This document shows positions 25,189-33,491 of a stretch of DNA of 42,619 bases, piece by piece; within the stretch, counting starts at the first letter, position 1, and each line of letters starts with the position of its first letter. The stretch comes from a virus, in IMG/VR virus record IMGVR_UViG_3300022542_001157, one strand, 5' to 3'. Both the position numbers and the translations under genes were made by a program. The notes under the pieces were generated by a model. The model was not told where the DNA came from, ran no database searches, and saw only the letters and a list, made by a program, of their open reading frames with translations.

Positions 25189-27191
25189 GAAATTTAACAT
25201 CAATAGAAAGCTCGAACAACATAATAGCGGACCTCGAATTCCATCTAAAATTTGCGGACCAATCCACTACCGTGATTTTCGGCAAAAATGATATTGTCAG
25301 TCTTGGAAGAGTATCATGGGAGCAATCGTTTGCCGGGGGCTTTGGTAGACCGTCAAATTACCGGATAACTCTGCAATCCTCCGTAGATTTTATAAAACCA
25401 AATCTCAAACAATTGGTCCGAGGCGAAACATTCCTCAAAATCTCGGTAAACTCCGATAATTTTACGCCACACGCGGGCAGGGTCCGCGATATAAAAAGAT
25501 TTGGGAACAATCCAGACCTTATTGAATTGCAGATTTACGACAGACTGTTGGATAACAACCCGAGTTTCCCGGTGGAATCAATCGTGGACAGTTATTCCAC
25601 CCCGCACCCCGAGATTTCGAATACAGATTTTGGTTATCCGGTATATTACGGGAAGCACGCGAGGCCATTTTACATGACGCCGGTGGATTGTGACGTTGCG
25701 ACGCTTCTTGGTCCACGTAATGTTTCAAGTGCCAATCATGTTTCTAGTGTGTGGTATAATTTTGGTGTCATTGAAAACCCATTGGAACAGTTATTGTTTA
25801 ACAAATCTTGGTCCCAACAATCCGGCGGTACCAATGAATGCACTGGCGGCGAACCTTTTGAATTCCGAGACGGGCAAGGGGCAGAAACCAAATTAATTGC
25901 GATCGACGGGTCCCGCACTGGCCCACAGGAATTGTCTTGGTCCGATTTTTCTACAGCGTCTGTTTATGATTCTGTCGTGGGTGGTTATGCGGTGGCTGAG
26001 GTCGGGAAGGGGTACGTTTTATCCCCGGTCCCATTTTGGCCGCCACCAGAAGTAGACCGGGAAGTTAGGGTGTATTTTAGTGCAATTCTCAATTTAGAAG
26101 TACAAGCAGTAACAAAAATGAGTTTCAGTAACGTAACGTTGGTTCGTGCTGGGACTGGGTACGTGTCGCGCTTTGGAGCCACTGCTATCATACCCGACGG
26201 GCCAGACGCCAGCGTTTTTTCTGTCAATTGTGGCACCTTTATCGGAGAGGTGGATGTCAAATCGAGCCATGCTAACGGGATCTTGAACAACCGGGACAAT
26301 TATTTGAGTTTTAGTGTTCGTGAGGCCTTGGCCGTTGGGAGTTTAGCCACACAATCCGATATTCAATTGACTACCAGTATCGACATGAGTTACCGGCTGA
26401 AATCGGAGGCTTTTAAAAATTACTCCGTGTACGCCGCCCAAGTAAACTGTTCCGAAATTGCAATATCCGAAAACCCAGTGGCGATCCTGGGCGACATGTT
26501 CGACCAGTCGTCCATAAATTATGTGACGTCCCAATTCTCGCAGGGGCGAACAGAAACGTCGTCTTATAACCTTCAATGTTTTTTTGGGGAACGGGAGCCC
26601 ATAACCGGCATTGTGGACGAATTTGGGCGTATTTCAGGCTCTTATTTGTGGGTGGGCGACTCTGGTTTTATGAATTACCGGTCTTATCAGGAGAGCGCCA
26701 CAGCTGTGGTTGATGCTACCATTACCAGTTGCGACTATAGTTTAGACAGCTTCGAAATCATGGACAACCCTTTAGGGACTACGACTTTTGAGACTCAGAA
26801 AACCCGCCGGGTGAAGATTGATTATAAATACGACTTTTCTACTGGGAATTTTAATGGGAACATAACGGCTGATCGCAATAACAATGTGTTTTGTAATTCT
26901 GCGGATGCTTCCGGGATTTCCGGGGAAATCAGTTTACAGTCCAAGTATATTTTGGAATCCGATACAGCAAGCCTTTATCTGCAGAATGTGATTAGGCAGA
27001 CCACGCAGGACGAAACGATCGTTCAAATGAATCTCCCGGCCAGGTTTTTCGGGTTGGAGCTTAATGATGTGGTGAAAGTGCAACATCCCGCTTTGCAAAA
27101 CTCGGAATCGTTGTTTCAAATTACCAGAATTGAACCGGATTATTTATCTGGAAACGTTTCTATCAAGGCCAATGAACTGTTAAGTTTATGA
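25185..27191 (+). CDS. Tail tip/baseplate-position structural protein, 668 aa
   Basis: GTG start overlapping the tape measure stop (GTGA). Position only. Confidence 0.65.
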   Translation: MRNLTSIESSNNIIADLEFHLKFADQSTTVIFGKNDIVSLGRVSWEQSFAGGFGRPSNYRITLQSSVDFIKPNLKQLVRGETFLKISVNSDNFTPHAGRVRDIKRFGNNPDLIELQIYDRLLDNNPSFPVESIVDSYSTPHPEISNTDFGYPVYYGKHARPFYMTPVDCDVATLLGPRNVSSANHVSSVWYNFGVIENPLEQLLFNKSWSQQSGGTNECTGGEPFEFRDGQGAETKLIAIDGSRTGPQELSWSDFSTASVYDSVVGGYAVAEVGKGYVLSPVPFWPPPEVDREVRVYFSAILNLEVQAVTKMSFSNVTLVRAGTGYVSRFGATAIIPDGPDASVFSVNCGTFIGEVDVKSSHANGILNNRDNYLSFSVREALAVGSLATQSDIQLTTSIDMSYRLKSEAFKNYSVYAAQVNCSEIAISENPVAILGDMFDQSSINYVTSQFSQGRTETSSYNLQCFFGEREPITGIVDEFGRISGSYLWVGDSGFMNYRSYQESATAVVDATITSCDYSLDSFEIMDNPLGTTTFETQKTRRVKIDYKYDFSTGNFNGNITADRNNNVFCNSADASGISGEISLQSKYILESDTASLYLQNVIRQTTQDETIVQMNLPARFFGLELNDVVKVQHPALQNSESLFQITRIEPDYLSGNVSIKANELLSL

Positions 27192-27613
27192 TCACTCTCA
27201 CGGATTGCATAACATTAGTAGAGTTGGGCACCGCTTGGGGGAGTGCGGGAACAGAAACCAAGATAGCCGACATTGTCCAGACAATAAACAATACCCAATT
27301 TGAATATCAATGGGGGTTTTTGAATGGGTTTTCTGCGATTGTAGAAAACGAAAACATTGAAAATATAAAGCAAATCAATTCTTGGTGGAAGGACAACACC
27401 GAACTTTTCGTATCATATCGAGACTATACGGAAGCGTTTGTGGTGGGTGACCCACATTGGGGTGTTTTGGGACAGCCATACAACCCTTTAGGGTTTGCCT
27501 TGGTGGGGTCCGGAAGTCCAGTCTTTATATCGAATCCAGAACAGCCATTTCAATCTATGAAACGTCCATACAATAACGAGGCAGATGGAACGATCAATCT
27601 GGAATTTATATGA
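27188..27613 (+). CDS. Hypothetical tail protein, 141 aa
   Basis: ATGA-coupled ORF. Confidence 0.65.
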   Translation: MITLTDCITLVELGTAWGSAGTETKIADIVQTINNTQFEYQWGFLNGFSAIVENENIENIKQINSWWKDNTELFVSYRDYTEAFVVGDPHWGVLGQPYNPLGFALVGSGSPVFISNPEQPFQSMKRPYNNEADGTINLEFI

Positions 27614-27981
27614 TAGACACTCTAGACAATTTTGTATTGACGGACTCGATACAATCTTTGGGACTCAACCCAACTTTCAATTATTTGGAACGGGCACTAT
27701 TAAACAGGACAAGAACGCGGGCACAAGCCGGTAAAATGTCAACATATACTGTTTTGACTGATACTGTGGACGCTTTTACACTACCAATCGAATACATTGG
27801 GGTTGCGGAAGCCACCGCCGTAAATAGTTGGTGGGCCGGGGATGCACCCTTGTGGTTCACGATATCGCCCAGGGCAGAAATCCCAGTAAGAATAACAAAT
27901 ATACAGAAACCATTTTTCCAACAAATGAGAAATGATCTTTACGCCTACCGTGGCGTTTTAAACCTAATCACAATAGTCTGA
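27610..27981 (+). CDS. Hypothetical tail protein, 123 aa
   Basis: ATGA-coupled ORF. Confidence 0.65.
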   Translation: MIDTLDNFVLTDSIQSLGLNPTFNYLERALLNRTRTRAQAGKMSTYTVLTDTVDAFTLPIEYIGVAEATAVNSWWAGDAPLWFTISPRAEIPVRITNIQKPFFQQMRNDLYAYRGVLNLITIV

Positions 27982-27982
27982 T

Positions 27983-29152
27983 ATGGGTTCCACAAATTTA
28001 GGGAAATCTGATGGCGAAATACTCACAGCGGAAGAAATAAACGCGCTATTGGCCGTGGTGGCAGGTAAAGTAGGTATTGGAACTGAGTCCCCGGTAGAAG
28101 CATTGGAAGTTGCGGGGAATATAAAAGCGGACAATTTCATTGGTGATGGCTCTGGTTTAACCGGTATCGGGGCTGGGACGGGCGGCATCATAAATACAGG
28201 CTCTACCACCATCGGTGCGGATAGCGACATTGACGGAGTGGGGGTCATCGCTCTGCAAACAAAAGGCGTTACTCGTGTTGAGATAGAGAATGATGGTAGT
28301 GTTGTAATAAATGAATCCGGTGCTGATGTTGACTTTAGGGTAGAAAGTGATACAAATATATATGCGCTGTTTGTACAGGGCAGTGATGGTAATGTTGGAA
28401 TTGGGACAATTCCTCTCTCTGCAAAATTAGCTGTTAATGGCGGAATTATTACTACAGGTGGTATAAATGCCCATCTTACATCATCTGGGGCACTAGAACA
28501 GAATGGTAATAAAACAGCAATACGAGCTTACGGTGCTACAGCGGGACAAGGACATATAGGACTTAATGTTGGGGGTGGTGGTGGGTCTGCTGATTTTGAA
28601 GCAGTACGGATCGACCCAGATGGCAATGTTGGTATAGGCACATCTGCACCAAACGCACTGACCAAACTTGATGTTGCAGGAAAAATTAGAGCGTCTACAG
28701 GCATCCTCTTTGGTACGGATACTGCTGATGCAAGTACCCTAGATGATTATGAAGAAGGTACTTGGACACCTTCATTTAATGGATATAGTACAGGAATCAC
28801 AGGAAAGTACACTAAAATTGGAAATAAATTAACTATAACCATTGATAAAGCCACCTCTATTCTAGCTGGTTCAATTGTTGGACCAGTTATAATTACAGGA
28901 TTGCCTTTTACTGTAAGTGGTTCTGAAAAGTGGTTTGGACCAGTTGGGCATATTCGTGGGGCAACGGCTGGTGCAACAAATAGACCTGTCGCGATGGTAG
29001 GTCTATCTGGTATTGGTCTATTTACAGATGATAGCTTCGGGAGCGTATCATATACTACGTATACCCAAGCTAATTGGGATGGTTCTATAATAACACAAAA
29101 CGGAACCACTACCGTAATTCTGCACTGGTCATTCACTTTCACACTAGACTAA
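27983..29152 (+). CDS. Tail fibre/receptor-binding protein
   Basis: Three copies of the G(K/N)VGIGT-x4-6-L-x-V-x-G-x-I fibre motif. Gly-rich beta-type sequence. Confidence 0.75.
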   Translation: MGSTNLGKSDGEILTAEEINALLAVVAGKVGIGTESPVEALEVAGNIKADNFIGDGSGLTGIGAGTGGIINTGSTTIGADSDIDGVGVIALQTKGVTRVEIENDGSVVINESGADVDFRVESDTNIYALFVQGSDGNVGIGTIPLSAKLAVNGGIITTGGINAHLTSSGALEQNGNKTAIRAYGATAGQGHIGLNVGGGGGSADFEAVRIDPDGNVGIGTSAPNALTKLDVAGKIRASTGILFGTDTADASTLDDYEEGTWTPSFNGYSTGITGKYTKIGNKLTITIDKATSILAGSIVGPVIITGLPFTVSGSEKWFGPVGHIRGATAGATNRPVAMVGLSGIGLFTDDSFGSVSYTTYTQANWDGSIITQNGTTTVILHWSFTFTLD

Positions 29153-29173
29153 AATAATACTAAAGGTAAATAA

Positions 29174-29428
29174 ATGATTGATAAACAAATAATAATAGAT
29201 AAAATTGAAGTCTTAGAAATGGGGCAGATTTGGGTTAGAACAGCAACAAAGATCATCGAAGATGGTATTGAGACTTCAAGATATTTTCATCGGCACGTAA
29301 TCACTCCAGATCATGCAGATTTATCCGATCAAGATTTAAAAGTCCAAGCAATTGCAAATGTTGTCTGGACTGATGATGTTAAACAGAATTGGCAGACCTT
29401 TATAGACACTCAAACAGAGGGAAAATGA
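29174..29428 (+). CDS. Hypothetical protein, 84 aa
   Basis: ORF with an AAAGG RBS following the fibre gene. Confidence 0.55.
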   Translation: MIDKQIIIDKIEVLEMGQIWVRTATKIIEDGIETSRYFHRHVITPDHADLSDQDLKVQAIANVVWTDDVKQNWQTFIDTQTEGK

Positions 29429-29613
29429 AGACTTTTGAAATCACAGAAAAACAGGTAAATACGTTGCTGTCTTACTTGGTCACTCGCCCGTATCAGGAAG
29501 TCGCAGTGGGCGTGGCTACCCTTTCCAAACTTCCGGAAGTTCAGTCAAAACTATCGCTTGTTGAAAGCAACGAACGATCGGAAATAGTACCAACCAACCC
29601 TAAGGAGGAATAG
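29425..29613 (+). CDS. Hypothetical protein, 62 aa
   Basis: ATG 29425 overlaps the upstream stop (ATGA). Confidence 0.5.
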   Translation: MKTFEITEKQVNTLLSYLVTRPYQEVAVGVATLSKLPEVQSKLSLVESNERSEIVPTNPKEE

Positions 29614-29615
29614 AC

Positions 29616-29930
29616 ATGCCAGATTGGATGGCACAAATGATGGGACCGGGTGGTGCCCTGGTAGTTTTGGTCGTGTTTGGGAGGGCCGGTTTTAGTTTCC
29701 TTACGGACATGATCAAAAAACAGGATGAGAAGTACGACCGGCAGGTGAAACGCCTGGACGAAATCCACACTTCAACCCTGGAGCACATCCATGCTCAAAC
29801 CGTGATTTCTGGACAACAAACCGAAGCACTAAAGGTTTTAACTGACAACATTAAAAGTTGTCCAAACTCCGATGCCCAAAGTCGCGGGCGGGGTGGTATT
29901 TTAGCGGCTGTAAAACCCGTGGGGAGATAA
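29616..29930 (+). CDS. Membrane protein with N-terminal TM helix and coiled-coil tail (holin or i-spanin-like)
   Basis: AAGGAGGAATAGACATG RBS. TM segment GALVVLVVFGRAGFSFL followed by a charged helical region. Confidence 0.55.
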   Translation: MPDWMAQMMGPGGALVVLVVFGRAGFSFLTDMIKKQDEKYDRQVKRLDEIHTSTLEHIHAQTVISGQQTEALKVLTDNIKSCPNSDAQSRGRGGILAAVKPVGR

Positions 29931-29931
29931 A

Positions 29932-30186
29932 ATGGAACAATTGGATATCATTTTGGCGATTTTGGGTCTATTTTCGGCTGGCGGAACGACTGCCGCCGCA
30001 ATTTTCATCAAAAAAGCGATTTTCTTGGCTAAGGCTGCCAAACAGGCGGTCGATATTTTCGAAGATTTTGAGAAAGCAAATCGTGAAATTTATATGGGGG
30101 TAGTGCAGGACCCGAGCAAAAAAGAATTGGCCAAGGTCCTGGAAGGCGGAGTGAACAAAATTAAGGGGCTAACCGGTCTAAAATAG
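29932..30186 (+). CDS. Small single-TM protein (holin-like), last gene of the late operon
   Basis: TM segment IILAILGLFSAGGTTAAAIFI followed by a Lys-rich amphipathic tail. Confidence 0.5.
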   Translation: MEQLDIILAILGLFSAGGTTAAAIFIKKAIFLAKAAKQAVDIFEDFEKANREIYMGVVQDPSKKELAKVLEGGVNKIKGLTGLK

Positions 30187-30403
30187 CCGGTGGGAGTTTC
30201 TTTTTGCATATAACCGATTTTAGATTCGGGAAAATGCTGATTTTGTCTGGGCATTGTCGGCAAGCCATCGAACCCACCACAGTGGTGGGTTTATGTGGGC
30301 ACCAAACTTTTTGACCCCGCCCATACCGCATTTTAGTTACTTGAAACCGGCGACCACTCAGTGTTTTAATTTGCGACATTGCTCCCATTGTTAAAGATCT
30401 CAT
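30161..30403 (-). CDS. Possible 80-aa Cys-containing protein
   Basis: GGAGGAGATATG start context. However, it overlaps the 3' end of the convergent gene and contains the terminator hairpin. Confidence 0.35.
   Translation of the reverse strand: MRSLTMGAMSQIKTLSGRRFQVTKMRYGRGQKVWCPHKPTTVVGSMACRQCPDKISIFPNLKSVICKKKLPPAILDRLAP
30271..30293. terminator. Hairpin at the convergence of late (plus) and early (minus) transcription
   Basis: AACCCACCA-CAG-TGGTGGGTT (9 bp including the flanking A-T pairs), followed by TATG on the plus strand (run TTTATG counting the stem T's). Confidence 0.5.
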
Positions 30404-30418
30404 ATCTCCTCCCCCAGG

Positions 30419-30628
30419 TTAATCACACAAATAAACAGACCCGTCTCTTTCGAGGTGCGGAGTTAAGTGGTAACCATAACCTACAAAAGTTATTATATAC
30501 TCGACTCCATCAATGCAAGTTATTTCATATGGGATGACTTTTACTTCTGGTTCCCCCGTGGCTTCGGGTGGCGAACAAGAAACAACAAAAACAATAGCAA
30601 AAACCAACAAACTTATGTAATATTTCAT
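30419..30628 (-). CDS. Small lipoprotein, 69 aa
   Basis: MKYYISLLVFAIVFVVSC signal peptide with lipobox VVSC. TAGGAGACAAGATG RBS. The longer ORF-track start only translates an upstream hairpin. Confidence 0.7.
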   Translation of the reverse strand: MKYYISLLVFAIVFVVSCSPPEATGEPEVKVIPYEITCIDGVEYIITFVGYGYHLTPHLERDGSVYLCD

Positions 30629-30679
30629 CTTGTCTCCTAATCTCGGGTAGGGCCGCCCTGGGGCGGCCAATTATCTCGG

Positions 30680-31546
30680 CTATGTGTCTTTCATGCATTC
30701 AGCCAACAGAGTGTCAGCATCCATTTCTGATTGCTTGATCGCGCCCCTCATCAAATTCCCCAAATTCATCCTGACCATTCCGTTATTCAAATGGCCATAC
30801 CGGTTGGTCAGTGTGCTGGGGGTGATATTATCCAATTTCTTGGCACCTTTGCCAATCTCGGTTACGCCGGTCTTGCCCAGAATACATGCCGCGATATCAA
30901 ATAAATCCAACAAAGATCCGTTGTCCTCGTCCTTGTGGATCGGGAAATCCCGCATGAATTCGGCCACGGGGTCGGCGTTGTCCAATATCTTGGTCCGTGC
31001 GCCGGTTGCATGCTCATATAGATCTCGCTTGCGGAATACCAAGTGTGTGTCCCCGTGGGTATCCTCTCCGTCTTCCGACTCGATATCGGTATTCTCGGGT
31101 TCTGGCTGGCTGACAACCTCCTCGATGATGTCTCCGACTGTCTCTTGTGGGGGCTCAACCACGCCCTTGAATTTAAATAAATCAGCCTTGGCAACGACAA
31201 CCCGGTCGCCGCTGTCGGTCTTGACTGTGATCTTGCCCTTAACATTTGCGACCAGTACACCAGACACCCAAGCCCCACCTTTGTCATCATAGAATTGGAT
31301 TCTCATTCCCTTGGCGGCGCGTTTAACCGGTTCCAATTCGGCTGTCTTCTCCTCCGTAATTCCAAATTCGGAGGCGTTGAATTCGATGGTGTCCACGGCT
31401 TTCTCCTCAGAATAACCACAACGGGCCACTAAAAATGCCATGGCTTGTTGTGCGTCGATTCGCTCCTGGTTCCCGTCATTCTCTTTAGTGAAACCATTCT
31501 CATCTACGCTCAATGTACAGCCTTTTCCAGATTCGATAACTTTCAT
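30680..31546 (-). CDS. Hypothetical immediate-early protein, 288 aa, with an acidic central linker
   Basis: First ORF behind early promoter copy 1. RBS AAGGAGATAAAATG. Confidence 0.75.
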   Translation of the reverse strand: MKVIESGKGCTLSVDENGFTKENDGNQERIDAQQAMAFLVARCGYSEEKAVDTIEFNASEFGITEEKTAELEPVKRAAKGMRIQFYDDKGGAWVSGVLVANVKGKITVKTDSGDRVVVAKADLFKFKGVVEPPQETVGDIIEEVVSQPEPENTDIESEDGEDTHGDTHLVFRKRDLYEHATGARTKILDNADPVAEFMRDFPIHKDEDNGSLLDLFDIAACILGKTGVTEIGKGAKKLDNITPSTLTNRYGHLNNGMVRMNLGNLMRGAIKQSEMDADTLLAECMKDT

Positions 31547-31590
31547 TTTATCTCCTTATCTCTATGTTACAACTAACGGGACCGGTTGTC

Positions 31591-31681
31591 CCGTTTTCTG
31601 ATTTCAGTTTACCACATCCTGTCAATTCTGTCAATATATCGAATTCACGAAATTTATTCAGAATTGACAAAGATCAATTTC
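31591..31681 (-). repeat. Early promoter/operator cassette, copy 1 (about 92 percent identical to 32282..32372)
   Basis: Direct alignment of the two 91-nt segments (about 7 mismatches). Confidence 0.9.
31606..31634 (-). promoter_or_regulatory. Consensus sigma70 early promoter PE1 (leftward)
   Basis: The minus strand reads TTGACA, 17 nt, TGgTAAACT. Flanked by three ATTGACA heptamers (two direct, one inverted at 31659..31669). Confidence 0.75.
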
Positions 31682-31878
31682 TTGCCCGCCCTTCTAGCTT
31701 TCTTTTTCCAAATTCTCCTTCGGCGGGCTTTTACTGCTGGTTTACGGAAACTGTTTTTCCGCTCCCCATTCTTCCCCGGAAGTTTATTCCAATACGATTT
31801 CAAACCAAAGTTGTGAATATCAGCCAAATCGGGCCAGCCATCTAATTCCGGTGCCCGTGGCACCCCATACGGTTTCAT
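31654..31878 (-). CDS. Hypothetical basic protein, 74 aa
   Basis: AGGGGATGAAATG start 23 nt after the upstream stop. Arg/Lys-rich C-terminus. The 3' end runs into promoter cassette copy 1. Confidence 0.45.
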   Translation of the reverse strand: MKPYGVPRAPELDGWPDLADIHNFGLKSYWNKLPGKNGERKNSFRKPAVKARRRRIWKKKARRAGKKLIFVNSE

Positions 31879-31901
31879 TTCATCCCCTATCTTTCGGTTT
31901 A

Positions 31902-32237
31902 TTAGAATCCACTCTTGCTTGATCCGCCAGTAAATTTAGTCATATATTCAGGGTCGTTGAACCAAGACCGGCAAACGCGTTTCGCCGCTTCATCATCGGT
32001 AGAGCAGAAAAAGAGATCCGCCCGCCATCCGCCATCCGCCATCATTAAAACGAAAACCTCCTCGCCGGATTCTTTGTCTGTCCGCAAGCAATGATCGATG
32101 TCGTATCCATTCCTATCCGGGTCCATTTGGAACACTTCATCGTGTTCCACCATGATTGCGTTGATCGTGGCCCCCTGATCGACTTCGAATGGCTCCGCTA
32201 ATTCCAACAATGCTGAATCGTAGCTATAGACTTTCAT
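31902..32237 (-). CDS. Hypothetical acidic immediate-early protein, 111 aa
   Basis: First ORF behind early promoter copy 2. RBS AAGGAGATAAAAAATG. Confidence 0.75.
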   Translation of the reverse strand: MKVYSYDSALLELAEPFEVDQGATINAIMVEHDEVFQMDPDRNGYDIDHCLRTDKESGEEVFVLMMADGGWRADLFFCSTDDEAAKRVCRSWFNDPEYMTKFTGGSSKSGF

Positions 32238-32281
32238 TTTTTATCTCCTTATCTCTGGTTTGTTTCATTTGGGGCTTCTCC

Positions 32282-32372
32282 CCGTTTTCTGATCCCAATT
32301 TACCACACCCTGTCAATTCTGTCAATATATCGAATCAACGAAATTTATTCAGAATTGACAAAGATCAATTTC
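32282..32372 (-). repeat. Early promoter/operator cassette, copy 2
   Basis: See copy 1. Confidence 0.9.
32297..32325 (-). promoter_or_regulatory. Consensus sigma70 early promoter PE2 (leftward)
   Basis: The minus strand reads TTGACA, 17 nt, TGgTAAATT. Confidence 0.75.
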
Positions 32373-32390
32373 CGTTAACGGAAACCCTTG

Positions 32391-32406
32391 TGGCACGAAA
32401 TTTGCA
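32391..32406 (+). promoter_or_regulatory. sigma54-type motif pointing rightward (antisense) into the 3' end of the replication/Z operon
   Basis: TGGCACGAAATTTGCA, exact consensus. Ends 1 nt before the stop codon of the 32407..32883 gene. Preceded by the palindrome TTCCGTTAACGGAA (32370..32383). Confidence 0.5.
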
Positions 32407-32883
32407 TTAGAATCCAGACAGAGCATTGAAAAATTCCCTATTGTTTTTCCGGAAATGGTCCATTGACGCGTACCGCAATCTGCACAACCTAAACCACTCC
32501 TCTTTGGGCGATTTTCCCAATGCAAACATTTTCATTACAGCCGGACTAATCAACAGAATGTCCTCATCAATTTGCACCAAAAACCACGATTGCCCTTGGA
32601 ATTTTTGTACACCTAACGCGAAACGGACTTGTCCCCCAACCCGCTCGGGGTGCGGGACTTTTACCGGGGACTCTGGATTCTTGGGCCATTTCGGAAGTGC
32701 TTTAACCTCGATCCAACCTGAAATGCCGCCCGGCATCCCCGTAGAATCTTGGGGGCCGACCGTATACGCCCAATCCGAAACAAAATTTTCCGTTCTGGTT
32801 TCGATCTCGGTTAATTTCCAAAGCCCGCGCAAGGCAATTTTGATATTGTTTTTGAAGGTTTGCTCCCTTGTTATTCGGCTCAT
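32407..32883 (-). CDS. Putative PD-(D/E)xK-type nuclease (VRR-NUC/resolvase-like)
   Basis: 158 aa with a GWIEVK-type E-x-K motif. ATGA-coupled to datZ. Confidence 0.45.
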   Translation of the reverse strand: MSRITREQTFKNNIKIALRGLWKLTEIETRTENFVSDWAYTVGPQDSTGMPGGISGWIEVKALPKWPKNPESPVKVPHPERVGGQVRFALGVQKFQGQSWFLVQIDEDILLISPAVMKMFALGKSPKEEWFRLCRLRYASMDHFRKNNREFFNALSGF

Positions 32884-33491
32884 ACAAAGTTTTGGTCGCT
32901 AAAACTCATGTTCCCAGTCATTGAACCCACAGTGGTTTTAAAAATCTCGCCTTGGTAGGAGTATTCCGGGAAATACTCCATAAACGCGGCCACGGCAATC
33001 TTTAGATCATCATGGATTTCTTTTAAAATAATACTGGAGTGCTTTTTGTCGTTATTGTGGCGAGTTAAAAAGGAAATGGCCTCCATCATGTCTGCAATTT
33101 TTACTATGTCCCGCACTTTATACCTGACTTCCGGCGGGATCTGCAGGAACTTGTCATGGACAGTCTCAGATTCAAAATTTTTCATAAAATTGTTGGATCT
33201 GGCGTGTTTGGCCATTTTCTTTTTTATTGGAGTCGGGATGTCCCCAATAAAAAGTTCTGAAAGGTCGTGAAAGATGGCCCACTCCACCGCGTGGTGTTTT
33301 ATTACCGAAAACCCGTCAAATGTCAAACCTTTGGAACCAAAACCTATTTTAAGGCGATCCAACATATTGATCACGATATAGGCAACATTAAATGAATGCT
33401 CCGCAACACTTTGTCTTTCCGTACGGACGATTTGCCACCTTGCCACATTTGAGAGACGATGAATATCTTGTATTTCAATTTTTGGTAACAT
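32880..33491 (-). CDS. datZ: HD-domain phosphohydrolase, DatZ-like dATP triphosphohydrolase (by context)
   Basis: H (AEHSFNV)...HD (IFHDLSE)...D (FIGDIP) HD-superfamily pattern. Coupled downstream of mazZ/purZ. Confidence 0.65.
   Translation of the reverse strand: MLPKIEIQDIHRLSNVARWQIVRTERQSVAEHSFNVAYIVINMLDRLKIGFGSKGLTFDGFSVIKHHAVEWAIFHDLSELFIGDIPTPIKKKMAKHARSNNFMKNFESETVHDKFLQIPPEVRYKVRDIVKIADMMEAISFLTRHNNDKKHSSIILKEIHDDLKIAVAAFMEYFPEYSYQGEIFKTTVGSMTGNMSFSDQNFV

Noticed and set aside
29858-30103. Embedded o-spanin candidate (FSGC sequence) overlapping the TM-protein genes
   Set aside because: No hydrophobic signal peptide precedes the Cys. The lipobox is poor and the sequence is Arg/Trp-rich shadow-like.
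30684-31292. 202-aa plus-strand ORF
   Set aside because: Antisense to the 288-aa immediate-early gene, which has the promoter and RBS. Ser-rich shadow frame.
32426-32902. 158-aa plus-strand ORF starting about 20 nt downstream of the sigma54-type motif at 32391
   Set aside because: The position is tempting, but the composition (Ser/Cys/Pro/Phe-rich, no motifs, no RBS) looks like the shadow of the minus-strand nuclease gene. Kept only as a note under the antisense-promoter finding.
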